Shown here: piece by piece, positions 14,021 to 25,400 of the stretch | Position numbering within the stretch: the first letter of the stretch is position 1 | Layout: each line of letters opens with the position of its first letter | NCBI GenBank assembly: GCA_013265495.1 | Contig: MU061238.1 | Coordinates: 1 to 64,000 of the forward strand | DNA length: 64,000 bases | Source of the DNA: Vicugna vicugna | Taxonomy: Eukaryota | Direction: 5' to 3' | Position numbers and translations under genes: made by a program | The notes under the pieces: generated by a model | What the model saw: the letters and a program-made list of their open reading frames with translations, nothing else | What the model was told of the DNA's origin: nothing | The model's database searches: none

Positions 14021-14388
14021 TGCAAAATCTGAGGCCTCCTTCAGCTTGATCTGAGGAAAAAACAATGGAAAGAAATAATTGATTGTCAAGCTGAAGGCTA
14101 AAGAGGAGAAGAGATGTGGTGGCGAGGGTGGAGGGTGGGGAACTAGATTCAGAAACAGAGGGCCCAGGTGCGCAGGTGAAGTGAGAGAACAAAGCCTATC
14201 CCTTGGAGTAGGGGAAGGGGCTGAATCAGAAGAGCTAGATTTTGGGGACCTCAGCAGGTAACAGGAGCAGCAAAGGATAGCATGGCATCCTTCCAGATTC
14301 GGCGCGGCCTTGGCATTATTTCGAGGAAGTGAGTTGTGCCACCCCACCCTCTTACATTCAGGACAAGGTGAGAGAGTCCCATTTTCTT

Positions 14389-15195
14389 TTCTTTTCTCTT
14401 TTTATTTGTTGTTAAGGTGTAGTTGATTTACAATGTTAGTTTCAGGTGTATAACAAAGCAATTCATTTATACATATACATACTTTTTTTTCAGATTATTT
14501 TCCATTACATGTTGTTATAAGAAATTGAATACAGTTCCCCGTGCTATATAGTAGGTCCTTGCTGTTTATCTACTTTATATATAGTAACGTGTATCTATTA
14601 TCCCAAACTTCTAATATATCCCTCCCCACCATTCCCCTTTGGTAACTATAGTTTGTTTTCTATGTCCATGAGTCTATTTTTGGTTTGTAAATAGAATTTG
14701 TATCATCTTTTTTAAGATCCCACATATTAAGTGATATCATATGGTATCTGTCTTTCTGTCTGACTTACTTCACTTGGTATGATCATCTCTAGGTCCATCC
14801 ATGTTGCTGCAAATGGCACTGTTTCATTTTTTTCTATGGCCGAGTAGTATTCCATTGTGTGTGTGTGTGTATACACACCACATCTTCTTTATCCAGTCAT
14901 TGATGGGCATTTAGATTGGTTCCACGTGTTGGCTATTGTAAATATTGCTGCTATGAATATTGGGGTGCATCTGTCTTTTCAGATTGTAGTTTTCTCCAGA
15001 TATATGCCCAGGAGTGGGGTTGATGGATCATAGGGTAAGTCTATCCTTAGTTTTTTAAGGAATCTCCCGATTGTCTTCCATAGTGGCTAGCACCAATTTA
15101 TATTCCCACCAACGGCGTAGAAGGTTCCTTTTTCTCCCACCCTCTCCAGTGTTTATTATTTGTAGACTTTTTAATGATGGCCATTCTCACTGGTG
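14389..15195 (-). mobile_element. 5'-truncated L1 (ORF2 C-terminus plus 3'UTR)
   Basis: PolyT tail; minus strand reads RMAIIKKS-like ORF2 end; TSD 14372-14388 / 15196-15212 (14/17 identical) followed by AA. Confidence 0.9.
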
Positions 15196-15929
15196 GGGAA
15201 TCACATTTTCTTAACCACCATGCTGCATCTGTCTGTCCATCCCACATGAGTGCTGTTAGCTTGAGTCAGCTGCCCGAAGGCCAGTTCCCTCACGCCAACT
15301 GACGAGGTTGAGCTTCTGGACTCATGGGGCTGGGACCCGACCTTGGACGCTGGTAGATTCTACGGGTCCTGCCTCCACAGAAGGCCCCTTGGCAGGCAGC
15401 CAGCAGGCCTGCCCTGACCACACCCTGCTTTTGCTGCCAGGCCTCGGCAGTGCCTTCCTTCCAGGGTTGGGCCGGGATGCAGGGAGACGCAGGTGAGGAC
15501 TCAGTCACGGGGCCCGGCTCCCAGCAGGCCCAGATACACACACGGGAACTGTTTTTATTACTACTGGGTATGCGGTGTGCCCAGCACACAACATAGGGCC
15601 CCTGTCATTAGATCTGCGCAGTGCACAGCAGGGTAGCAGTGAGATGCTGGGGAAGCAGGCGTGGTTAATCCAACTGTTGTGACTATAAAGGAACTGATGG
15701 CGGCAGCAGGTGCTAAATACCCGTGGACGCTTTGAGCTTCCCCGTGTTTGCCTGGGCTTTCTTTCCCCCTGCTACTCAAAATACTTTTTCCATCACTTCT
15801 GTCTGCTTTTTTTCCATCACTTCTGTCTGCTTCACCAGGCCACCTGCTTGCAAATGTACTTAAAGCACAAATAAACTTTTCCCCCTACGGATCCTGACAT
15901 CCAGAAGGTTTGGTCTGAGACCCGCCTAT

Positions 15930-16085
15930 GGCATGTTTCTCAAAGCACGGTCCCCTGGTCCACCTGTGTCAGAATCACGATGATGTCTGTTACCTGTGCA
16001 GATTCCGAGACCTCGCACAGACCTTGCTGAATCTCTGTGTCTGGGTTTGGGACCTAGAAATCTGCATTTTTAAAGGCTTCTGAGG
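15930..16085. mobile_element. MER5-like hAT fragment
   Basis: ttctcaaag...cagaatcac...gcagattcc...aatctgcatttttaa. Confidence 0.6.
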
Positions 16086-16229
16086 TGGGGGGGGATGGGT
16101 GTTTGCACTCCAAAGCTCAGAAGCCACGGTCCTGTGGGCACCCGGCCCCAACAGGAAAATCCTGATTCGCGCACTGGCCCTGCCCCCTTGGCCCTCCTAT
16201 CAGGCAATTCAAAGTCTCCAGGCCCAGGA

Positions 16230-16242
16230 GTTACTGATTAAC
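16230..16242 (+). promoter_or_regulatory. HNF1-type palindromic site in the RNF186 proximal promoter
   Basis: GTTACTGATTAAC versus consensus GTTAATNATTAAC (1 mismatch), ~230 bp upstream of the ATG. Confidence 0.6.
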
Positions 16243-16468
16243 CTTAGGTTTCAAGGAAAGAAATAATAATAACTGAAAGGACAATGTTAGCCAAGAAGCA
16301 AGCTGAGCAGCCCTAGGAGAGTGGTGCCAGACGGCTGGTGGCAAGAAGGAAGAGGAGGCTGGAGACGCTTGAGGTCAGGCCACATCCAGGTCCCAGCCAC
16401 ACAGGTCGACAGTCCCCGTCAATGCCCAGGCCCTGAGCTGCCACATCCCAGGGGCTCCCGTGCCCAGA

Positions 16469-17149
16469 ATGGCCTGCCCTGAGTTCCCGCAGCAGCCCCA
16501 GTTCATCTCCAAAGGAGCCCCCACCTCCAGCACCGTGGGCTCTGCGGGGGGCCATCGCAACTCCGTGGACAGAGACCTGGAATGCCTGGTGTGCCGGGAG
16601 CCCTACGGCAGCGCCCGGCTGCCCAAGCTGCTGGGCTGCCAGCACTCCTTCTGTGCCGTCTGCCTGAAGCTGCTGCTGTGCGTGCAGGACGGCACCTGGT
16701 CCGTCACCTGCCCGCTGTGCCGCAAGGCCACCACCGTGCCCGGGGGCCTCATCTGCAGCCTGCGTGACCAGGAGGCCGTGCTGGGGCGGCTGGCCAGGCC
16801 AGGCCAGGAGGTGCAGCTCTGTCCTCTGGGGCTGGCGGGTCCTGCCACCTCGACAGTGGGGTCGCCAAGCTTAGCAGAAGAGGAGGAGCAGGATGCGGTG
16901 AGTGCCAACCGCGTGGCAGCCCGGCGCCTGGCGGCACACCTGCTGCTACTGGTCTTGCTCATCGTCCTCATCCTGCCCGTCATCTACCCAGGCGTCATCC
17001 AGTGGGTGCTCAGCCTCATCGTCACCCTGGCCCTGCTGTTGTCCGTCCTTTTCTGCTGTCACTCCCGCAGCCAGGGCAGCTGCTGGCCTTCCCCCAGGAC
17101 TCTCTTCTGCAGAGAACAGAAGCACAATGAGATCTCTTCCGTCGCCTGA
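16469..17149 (+). CDS. RNF186: RING finger protein 186 (E3 ubiquitin ligase), single coding exon, 226 aa
   Basis: ATG at 16469 in strong context (agaATGg), TGA at 17147-17149. C3HC4 RING (CLVC...CQHSFCAVC...CPLC) followed by two hydrophobic TM segments and C-terminus RTLFCREQKHNEISSVA, matching human RNF186 as recalled. Lies upstream of TMCO4 on the same strand, as in human. Confidence 0.97.
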   Translation: MACPEFPQQPQFISKGAPTSSTVGSAGGHRNSVDRDLECLVCREPYGSARLPKLLGCQHSFCAVCLKLLLCVQDGTWSVTCPLCRKATTVPGGLICSLRDQEAVLGRLARPGQEVQLCPLGLAGPATSTVGSPSLAEEEEQDAVSANRVAARRLAAHLLLLVLLIVLILPVIYPGVIQWVLSLIVTLALLLSVLFCCHSRSQGSCWPSPRTLFCREQKHNEISSVA

Positions 17150-17501
17150 GCTCCGATCAGGCAGTCAGGGTTGGGCTTCAACTTCTGCCTCTGCCGTCCA
17201 TTCACTGTCACAGTGAACAGGGTCAGGGGCTACACATAAGACTGGCTCCCTTCAGAGATTAAATGGCAGCTGGATGCAAGCCGAAGCCAGAATGGCTGTC
17301 TTCGGTCAGGAGCTGTGTGCTTGGGCGATAGATTTGTGCCTGCCTGTCCAGGGTGCAGCACAGCTGAGCTGTTTGGGGACGGGGAGGAGGCGCAGACCAC
17401 TTGAACACTACATGGGGGGCTCCTGTTTCTTTTATTCCAGTGCTCCTGGTTTTTCTTTCTATATCCTGATGAAAGTATTGCAGGTATTAATGTTATTGCT
17501 G

Positions 17502-17507
17502 AATAAA
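17502..17507 (+). terminator. RNF186: RNF186 polyadenylation signal AATAAA
   Basis: AATAAA ~350 nt after the stop codon, followed by U-rich and GU-rich downstream sequence (ccttttttt, tgtgtctggtctttttt). Confidence 0.8.
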
Positions 17508-19064
17508 TAGAACCAGAATTCCTTTTTTCACAATTTATGTGTCTGGTCTTTTTTCTTGCTTTGGTTTGGCTTGGTTTTGTGTGTTGGGGGCCGTTTTTTT
17601 ATCCTTCCAGCTGTTCTGCATTTTTCCTCCTGGGAAGTCAGAGCGCAAAGAAAGCCCTCTCCTGCTCCCCCTGGTGCTGCTCACCCCATGCGCATCCCAC
17701 CTCACCAAAGGTCCTGGTGACCTGGGTCTCCCCTTGAGCTGCCCGCAGGGACGGGGTGGGGAACTGGTGTGGAGGAGTGGTACTTCTGGTGCTGGCGAGA
17801 GGCCCACCTTTGGCTGGCCGAGTTAGGGAGGGGTGGGGCTCACCCAGATGGGTCTGGGAATTGCTCTCAGCAGTTTCTCAGCTCCGTGTCATCAGACCCT
17901 AACTTAACAGAGAATCTCAGGGTTGCAAGGACTCCCCCACAACAGCGGGTCCAGCTGCCAGTTCCACACCCTAGAACCACATCTTTACGGGTGCTGTTTT
18001 CTTTCTTATTGCATGTAGATGCCCATTTGAGTTTTTGTCATAAAGATAAGAGGCCCATAAATACAACGGTCCTCTCTAATAACCCAGTCTTTCCCACCTC
18101 GCCCTGAGAGTCACGGTCATCTGAAAGGCTTTTTGTGTCTTCTCGCAACCACTAATGCTCCGTAACAGAGAGGTGGGTTCTGCCGAAGGGAGCGACCTTC
18201 CGTGGTTCCCGAGTCAGGCATCAGCCAAGGGGGGACCTGTGGGCGTGCAGAGGTGGGAAAGGTGGGAGATGCCATCTTATTTCCTTCCAAAGACCCCATA
18301 AATGGGAAGCAGACTTGAAACGTCAGAGGGGCTCGCAGAGCACGATCCGTTGTCCCTCCCTGCCCCCTTTCCTCCTGATAGGGCGACAGTTGCAGGTTGA
18401 ATACTTGTTCACGGTGACTGTACCTGTGTCTGGGAGGGAGGGACAAGACAATGCTGCTACCGTAGCACTGTGGGGTTGGCCCTGGCCCCAGCCCTGGCCC
18501 CGTGATTGGGTGCGTGTCATGGAGTAAGACCTTTTGGCTGTCTGAGTTTCATTTCCCCAAAATAAGCTAGGAGGGCTGGATTATTCCTAAGACCCCTGAA
18601 GCCCTGCTGGGCCCTGGAACAATGGACTCATGCCACATCACCTGTGGAGTCACACAGGACAAATCAAGACATCAGTATTACACAATTAGCTGTTCTTGCA
18701 ATCTGAAAAAAAAAAAACTTCCCTTTTTTTCTCATAAGGTCCTTCCAGGGCAACTCTGTGACACCCATGCTATCAGCCCTTTTAACTCCTGGTGATGGAA
18801 GAGAGCGCGTACACTTGCATGAGGGTGTACGTGTATCTGTCCTTTTAAACCAAGGCCAAGTGGGCCTGGAGAACACCTTGTCTCCCCAGCACGCATAAAT
18901 GACTAGTATCGTTTGGCATTCCTGGAGCTGGCCTCAGGCGTGTGCAGTCTGGGATGGCTGCCAGTAGGATGGGGAAAGAATGTTCTCTCCCCACTCACCT
19001 CCACAACTATTCCGTCTAGTTCTTGGACCCTAGGTTTCAGTTGCTAATAACAACCACCATTTCT

Positions 19065-19290
19065 ACCAAAGTAATGGTGGATTCCTGTTTACTGAGTGCC
19101 TACTATGTGCCAAGCACTGCATTAACTGCTTTCTGTATCTTACCTAGCTGAATCGCCATAGTAACTTTATGAAGTAGAAACCATCTAGCCGATAAGGAGA
19201 TTGAGGATCAGAGAGGTAAATTCATCTACCTAAGGATGCACAGCCAGCCACTGCCAGAGCTCCCGGGGAGATTAATCCAGGGTTCTCTCT
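19065..19290 (-). mobile_element. MIR
   Basis: tttactgagtgcctactatgtgccaagcac ... gaggatcagagagg. Confidence 0.65.
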
Positions 19291-21182
19291 GCTCCAACAT
19301 GCTTCCTCCTTTGTGTGCAGCTGCCAAACAACCAGGCAGCTGGTTGCTGCTTGTGGGCTTGTGAGGGAGAACTGGAGACCAACCTCAGGAGCCTCCAAAT
19401 TCCAGGAGTCGAGTGCTCAGAGAGGCCAGGAGATTCTAGAATCTGCTGTCTATGCTAAAGAGGAAAAAAGGAGAATAATAAAATGGGATGGCTTTCCTGG
19501 CTTTTACCCCCAGGCCCAGCCTTCTCTGCAGGGAGCTGTGTTGACACATGGCCCCCAGCCAGTGTGCCCTCTATCCCCACGGGCAAAGATGGAACACTTC
19601 TGTCCCACTCTCCCGAAGCCCAGCTGGTCCCTGAGTATCTCCTGGCCCCTGACAGTGTTGGGACAGAGAGAACCAGAGGCCAATTTCTGCCCTAGAAGGG
19701 AGCAGAGGAAACAGGCAGCACTGTGAAAGGATGTGAGTGGAAGAAACCAAAGAGACAAGCCAGGGCTGAAAGCTAGGCTCTGACCCAGCGCGTGACCAGT
19801 AGAAGTCACAGAATGTCTCTGAGACTTAGTTTGCTCACCTGTAAACTAAGAGAAGACGCCACATACCTCCCAGGACCTCCATGAGGATTCAAAGTGCTCC
19901 TGGATGAGAATCCCATGTCCTAACAGACTGCTTTTAATTATCATCATTGACCCTTTCATGGGATTGGGTTCCATGAGGTCTGTTCAGTGTGACAGAGAAC
20001 AGGGGGGTCGACCTTGACGATGGGGCGAAAAAGCCGATCCAGAGTGTAACTGTTGTCCAAGGCAGGCCAATCCGGTGCAGAACTTTGTGCTTAGTCCTAA
20101 GGATGGAGAGGAATTCCAGCAGGGGGTGCACACTTCAGCCCCATCAGCCCCATCTCCCTATTCTGTGGCCTTGGAATCAGACACTAGGCTTGAATTCTAG
20201 CTTCACCACTTACAAGTCACCTTGCCTCTCTGAGCCTCAGACTCCTTACTCAGGAAACAGAGGTTATAATACATCTTTCATAGGGTTGCTGGGGGAATTA
20301 ATGAAGTAATTCATGGTTTAGCACTTAGGATTGTGAAGCGGTAAAAAGGGAGGATAGACAAGGAGAGAAAGATGGGTTGAGTTCTAGAAAGCCCTAACGG
20401 GAATAATGAGAACAGACTCATCTTATTTTATTCAATTGTATTAATAAGGCAGTTTATTAAAACCTGGGCACTAGAATTCACCTCCTCCATTATCAGCCTC
20501 AGCTTCATCGTCTTCAACCATGTAAGGACGCAGTCATCGCTAACATGATTTGAATGCAGCATGTGAATTGTGTTATATATGAGGCAGGTACTATTATTAC
20601 CCCCACATTGCCCACAGGGATGCTGAGGCACAGAGAGGTTACATAACTTGTTCAAGATCACACAGTCACCCAGTGACGCAGTGATGGGGCCAAGAGCAGA
20701 CGGCAGAAGTACAACTCCAGAGTTTAGACTTTGAGTCACTTTGCCATATCAGATGAAGCATTCCCAGCATGCTGTAAGCATTCAAGGTATGCGGGCCCCA
20801 TGGTCTGAAGGGTGAAAAATTTAGAAGAGACTGCATTTAGCCTTTGGGCGGGGGACTGAGTGGGTGTCTGGCGCAGTAGGTTGTGGGAGCTCACCTGTTC
20901 CAGTACCCACAGCCATGTTCTCATCTCACCTTACAGCCCCTGTTCATCATTGGAACCTCTTTTCAAATGATTGGAGGAAGTTTTTCCATCTTTGCTGGAA
21001 CAATTAATTCTTTGTGGCAATGGAAAACATTTCTAGGAATGAAGGTCCTTCTTGCAATCTCTCAGGCTATGGGAACAGCGTAGAGCACATTCAAAGAGAA
21101 ATCAGGTCGGAGCTTTTGAATCTGCCTGGAGCTATTCTTATGAAATTTATATTCTTGTCCATGAATCTTGAAGTCACTGTTT

Positions 21183-21605
21183 TTTTACTTTATTTTTTAT
21201 TGAAGTGTAGTTGATTTATAATGTTAGTTTCAGGGGTACAGCAAAGTGATTTAGTTATACATATACACACATATATACTTTTGATTCAGATTTTTTTAAC
21301 ATTTTTTATTGATTTATAATCATTTTACAATGTTGTGTCAATTTCCAGTGTTCAGCACAATTTTTCAGTCATTCATGGACATATACACACTCATTGTCAC
21401 ATTTTTTTTCTGTGAGTTATCATAACATTTTGTGTATATTTCCCTGTGCTATACAGTGTAATCTTGTTTATCTATTCTACAATTCTTTTCTATTATATGT
21501 TATTACAAGAAATTGAATATAGTCCCCTGTGCTATATAACAGGACCTTGTTGTTTATCTATTTTACATGCAGCAATGGGTATCTGTTAATCCCAAACTCA
21601 CTTTT
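21183..21605 (-). mobile_element. L1 3' end with a second, younger L1 3' end nested at ~21291-21483
   Basis: Host aligns to the 14389-15195 L1; the insert starts ttttttaacattttttattgatttataatc. Confidence 0.82.
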
Positions 21606-21801
21606 TTTAAAGGAGAATATTTCTTGGGTCAGTAGAAAACTCTGGAGAATTCAGGACACCATGGAATCTAAGATTCATCCATGCATTTATTCAACAAATA
21701 TTTATTGAGGGTCTGCTCTGTGCCAGGTACAGAGCAGGGAATTTAATCTTATTTGATAAGGAACTTCGATGAAGAAGGAAAACTAATAAGTGCAAAGCAG
21801 C

Positions 21802-22250
21802 TGTGATGGGTTGAACGGGGTCCTCCTCCCACCAAAAGATGTTGAACCCCTCTGTGACCCCCACTACCTCAGAATGTGACCTTATTTGGAAATACGGTTT
21901 TTACACTGATAACCAAGTTAAAATAGGGTCACTAGGGTGGGTCCTTATCTAATATGACTGGTGTCCTTATGAAAAGGGGGAATTTGGACATGGAGACAGA
22001 TACACATATAAGAAAAACAATATGAAGACAAGCAGGAAGAAGACAGCCACGTGAAGGTGAAAGCAAAGACCAGGGTTATGGTTCCACAAGCCAAGGAATG
22101 CCAAAGGTGGCCAGAAAATGACCAGAAGCTTGGACAGAGCCCTGGAATAGATTCTCCCCAGAGCTCTCAGCAGGAACCAACCCTGCCAATGCTTTGATCT
22201 TAGACTTGCAGCCCCCAGAACTCTATGAGACAATAAGGCTATGTTGTTTA
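21802..22250 (+). mobile_element. MLT1C/D-like solo LTR
   Basis: tgtgatgggttgaa start, cagaatgtgaccttatttggaaata, ccacaagccaaggaatgcc. Confidence 0.8.
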
Positions 22251-22989
22251 AGAAACAAAGAGTTCCACCAGCAACCACTACACCAACTGGGGAACTTGGT
22301 CTTCCCTCTACTCACCTCCCATTTCACCTGGGGCAGTCACATGATACAGGTCATACGATCTTTTCCAGAACTGGAATCTGCAGCTAGTGCTGAAGGGGAG
22401 ATGACTGCTTAAAGCAGCAGCAGCAACAGAGCAGGTGGTCCCCACGATTCTGGTTCTTGAGACGCTGGTTGATTCAGTGAACCCTCAAATTCCTTCCCTA
22501 CAATTATTATTTTTTTCTTGAGATGGCCAGAATTTGTTTCTGTTGCTTGCAACCAATATTCCTGACCCAATACAGGAGCTGTCCAGTCTCCTGGTTACTG
22601 AAAAGTCCCACTCTGAACCTCAGCCCCTCCAAAGTCCAGGAAAGAAAAGCTGCAATGCCACAGTGGGAGCCCTCTTGCACCCCCTGCCCCCAAGCCTCCT
22701 GAGAGCCAGCCTGATCTTGTAGTGAGGTTGCACTGATGTCAAGCCCAGAAGGGTGGCACTCAGCTCAGCTCTGCTCAGATGTGGGGTCATCGGATCTCAA
22801 GCCAGCCACTGTCAGAGGAGGCTGGTCTCCATTCTATTGGCCTCAGAATCCCCAGAAAAAATGAGCTCTAGTTCTGCAAAGACATCCAGCCAGTTGCCCT
22901 TCACTGGAGTCAATTTGCAAAAGAAAACAGCCTGCCAAATGGCTACGGATGCAGCAGTTTCAAAACAACTGTGCCAGTCATCCTGGCTA

Positions 22990-23215
22990 ATGTTTGTCAA
23001 GTGCTTACTACATTCAGGCTACTGCTAAGAGCTCCCTGTACTAAACTTAATCCTCTGCCTCCTCACAACAGCCCTATTATTCATTATGCTAGACATCTGA
23101 CAAGTCATCTCAGGGAGTTGACACAAAACCTCTGTTGAGGTAGGAAGCTGAGGCATAGAGAAGGTAAGTAACTGGCTCGAGTGGCAGAGCTGGGGTTTGA
23201 AAGCAGCCAGTCCAA
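22990..23215 (-). mobile_element. MIR
   Basis: ggaagctgaggcatagagaagg...gcagagctggggtttgaa. Confidence 0.55.
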
Positions 23216-23324
23216 TCCAGCTCTGCGCCCTTCTCAGTCGCTGCACTTACCATCCCCTTCTTACGCCCACCTCTCTTCCTTCCTTCTTCACCTTCCCTGC
23301 CCCCATCAAAACAAACCATGAAAA

Positions 23325-23540
23325 AAGTAGGGCCCTCAGTCAGACAGACCTGGGTTCAAAACCAAGTCCTACCATGTGTTCCCCGTGTGACCTTGGTTAT
23401 GATATATGCCTTCCTTGAACCTTAGTTTCCTTGTTTGGAAATGCAGGATAATCAAGTCTACCTGATGGAGATTTTGTGACAATTCCATGAGACGATGGGT
23501 CAAACACCTGGCACAGCTCCCAGCACATAGTAGGTGCTCG
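23325..23540 (+). mobile_element. MIR
   Basis: gacctgggttcaaa...tgtgaccttgg...cctggcaca. Confidence 0.6.
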
Positions 23541-24949
23541 CCCATCCCAGTCAAGCTGTCAGCCAGTGTGAATGCACACCTGTTATTGGCCTGGCAAGTG
23601 AGGAAGGCAAAGAAATACAGTAGAAGGGACAGTACTTACCACCATCACCCCCACATCGGCCTCTCCCTAGCTGGGGAAATAAGTTGTACACATATGTGGT
23701 AAAAATCAGACCACAGAGTGAGACTTGGACAACGTAAGACAGCCATGTAGCTCTAGAGGACAGGCAACCCAGTGGGGCCCCTGAAATGCTGGTCATGTTC
23801 TATTTCTTACCTTAGGTGGTAGTTACACTGGTGATTATTTATTTGCTAACTATTTATCAACAGTGCCTACACCTTGTATGTGCTTTACTGTACATATTTC
23901 ATAGTTAGAAATAAAACTTTAAGCCTAGCAATGCCACGGAGTCTAAGGAACTTGAAGGCAAAGGCTGAGTGTGAGACAGGTACCCAGCGCTGATTCCACA
24001 GAGATGCTGCCCCACCCACGCCCACCTCACCCGGTGTTTTGGAGCTTTGTGGGTTGCTCTGGAGACAGTCCGTCTGGTTTGAATCCTGACTCTGCTACTT
24101 ACTGGCTTTATGAATGAGTTTCTCAAACTCTCTGAACCTCAGTTCCTCCATCTGTAAAATGGGGAAATTATCACTGAGTGCTGAGCATCAAAGGAGATCA
24201 CCTGTAGACATCATTTAGCACAGTGTTTCAGCACATAGGACGTGCCCGAGAAGTCCTAGCTGCCCAGGTTAGGCACAAAGATGGATGTACTGGCTTTTTT
24301 ACCCAAATGGTGACAGGGGCAGGTTCCTGCTGGGCCTCGGCAATGATGGAGCTGGGGCGTGGACCTTCATTAAGACTGTTTCTTTCCATTTCCTTTTTCT
24401 TTTCTCTCTGCGTTTGGGTCTTGTTCTCTCCCACCAGCTTTTCTCACGAGACCGGGAAGTTGGCCAGCTCCTACTCCTGTCTTCCTAGCTTCACCTCCAG
24501 AAAGAAAGGAGCAGACTTTCTTCCTTTGGTTAAATGATGAAAACTCCCAAGGAAGGACTCTGACTGGTTGTCTTGGGTCACATGTCCTTCTCTGTGACCA
24601 GCAGGCTGTGACTGGCAGCCCCAGTAGAATCTTGCGGCTGGGAAGGAGAAGGATCTCAGACAAAGGAGGATGTTATTTGCAGAAGAAGGAGGGGCGCTGA
24701 GCAGACAGATAGCAGTTGATCACCCTGCAGAGAACCTAAGCAGCCAGCAGTTGTGTGAGCCAGTCCCCACCCCACCACAACTAATTAGAAGTGACCATCA
24801 ACCTGACTGGGGCTGTCTTTAAGGGGCCTGCTTCCTCCCCACCCAATCTCAGTCCACGTAGGTTCCAATAGAAGTAATACCACATTCATATTTTGTGGGG
24901 AGCACGTGTGTCCCGAACCCGCCAATCAAAGCATCATGTCCCCTGGCCA

Positions 24950-25400
24950 CAGGGTCTGGTTCAAGGCTAAGCTAGTGAACCAGCTCTACCAGGAATATTA
25001 CTGGAGCTATCCAGAAGAAGCGTTTTCTCTGCCAGAGTTGCTAAGCTGATAGGATGTTTGTCTGGACTTTCCCATAACCATCTTGCCACACCAAGAGAAG
25101 GATTTTTTCTGTGGGTGAAGTCAACCCAGAGAAAAGCTAAGCCCAATGATAGAGAAAGATTCCCAATCATATTATTTGAGCACCTAGATCCAGCCATGCC
25201 TGAAAGCTGTTTCCTCTGGACTTTTCCATATTTACCTGAGTCAACAAAGTCCTTTTCTTGGCTTAAGCCAATTAGACTGTTTTGTTTCACTTGCAGGCAA
25301 AGGAGCCCTGAATCATTTGTGGGTGCTTGACTCACAAGGTCATGTAGAGTGAAAGCTAATGTCGCCAACATAGAACTAGATGTATGTCAAAGTAGGAAGC
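24950..25400 (+). mobile_element. Degenerate MLT1K-like LTR
   Basis: gcacctagatccagccatgcctga...ggcttaagcca. Confidence 0.5.

Noticed and set aside
16460-16468. GTG-initiated 3-aa extension of RNF186 given by the ORF track
   Set aside because: The ATG at 16469 has a strong context and matches the orthologous MAC start.
16313-17216. Antisense and alternative-frame ORFs over RNF186 (110, 126, 104 aa)
   Set aside because: Shadow ORFs of a GC-rich CDS with no recognisable domain.
22990-23540. Inverted MIR pair as a dsRNA/hairpin element
   Set aside because: Old, highly diverged, intergenic copies; MIRs are dense enough here for this to arise by chance.
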